Shown piece after piece: positions 36,922 to 36,931 of a stretch of DNA of 36,931 nt (positions are counted from its first letter, which is position 1; each line of letters opens with the position of its first letter). Source of the stretch: Alphaproteobacteria bacterium (GTDB taxonomy: Bacteria > Pseudomonadota > Alphaproteobacteria > JAJTHO01 > CANGXP01); contig JANMDF010000072.1 in assembly GCA_031376145.1 (NCBI GenBank), forward strand, positions 1 through 36,931, written 5' to 3'. A model generated the notes under the pieces. It saw nothing but the letters and a program-made list of their open reading frames with translations. It had not been told where the DNA came from and ran no database searches. The position numbers and the translations under genes are program-made.

Positions 36922-36931
36922 TTCTCCCTCT

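Noticed and set aside
1-36931. A search by eye for tRNA, rRNA, tmRNA, CRISPR arrays, integrases, transposases and IS inverted repeats.
   Set aside because: I found none. No ORF translation resembles a recombinase, and no intergenic region has tRNA-like or array-like structure. A covariance-model scan would be needed to exclude small RNAs.

Overview
This looks like chromosomal DNA from an alphaproteobacterium-type genome. The markers are UPF0335/DUF2312, a DUF6356-like gene, sdhCDAB, ctaA, ubiquinone genes and hisHAFE. All family assignments come from reading the translations from memory; nothing was searched. Most of the window is ordinary housekeeping: ubiD-ubiA, ppx, flagellin, lepA, an EPS-type dehydrogenase plus glycosyltransferase, sdhCDAB, ctaA, a UbiH-like hydroxylase, ftsK-lolA, folE-apaG, hisHAFE, pepF and a Wzc-like tyrosine kinase. 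The stand-out is a ~3.6 kb accessory segment (about 4.87-8.47 kb) between the flagellin terminator and the 3' end of lepA. It is bounded and subdivided by three same-orientation copies of the last ~22 codons of lepA: 8468-8537 is the functional end, 7111-7180 matches it at 65/70, and 5004-5055 is degenerate. The arrangement suggests two tandem islets with no integrase. Islet 1 carries one ORC/STAND-like P-loop ATPase with a C-terminal wHTH-like tail. Islet 2 is visibly AT-rich and carries three translationally coupled genes (TIGR04255-like, a 170-aa protein and a 147-aa protein) plus a decayed XRE-like ORF. I consider this trio the best candidate for an undescribed defence or toxin-antitoxin-like system. 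Other accessory modules are a brnTA pair abutting the lepA start and a DUF4160/DUF2442 pair inserted between sdhA and sdhB. I saw no tRNA, rRNA, CRISPR array, integrase or transposase.
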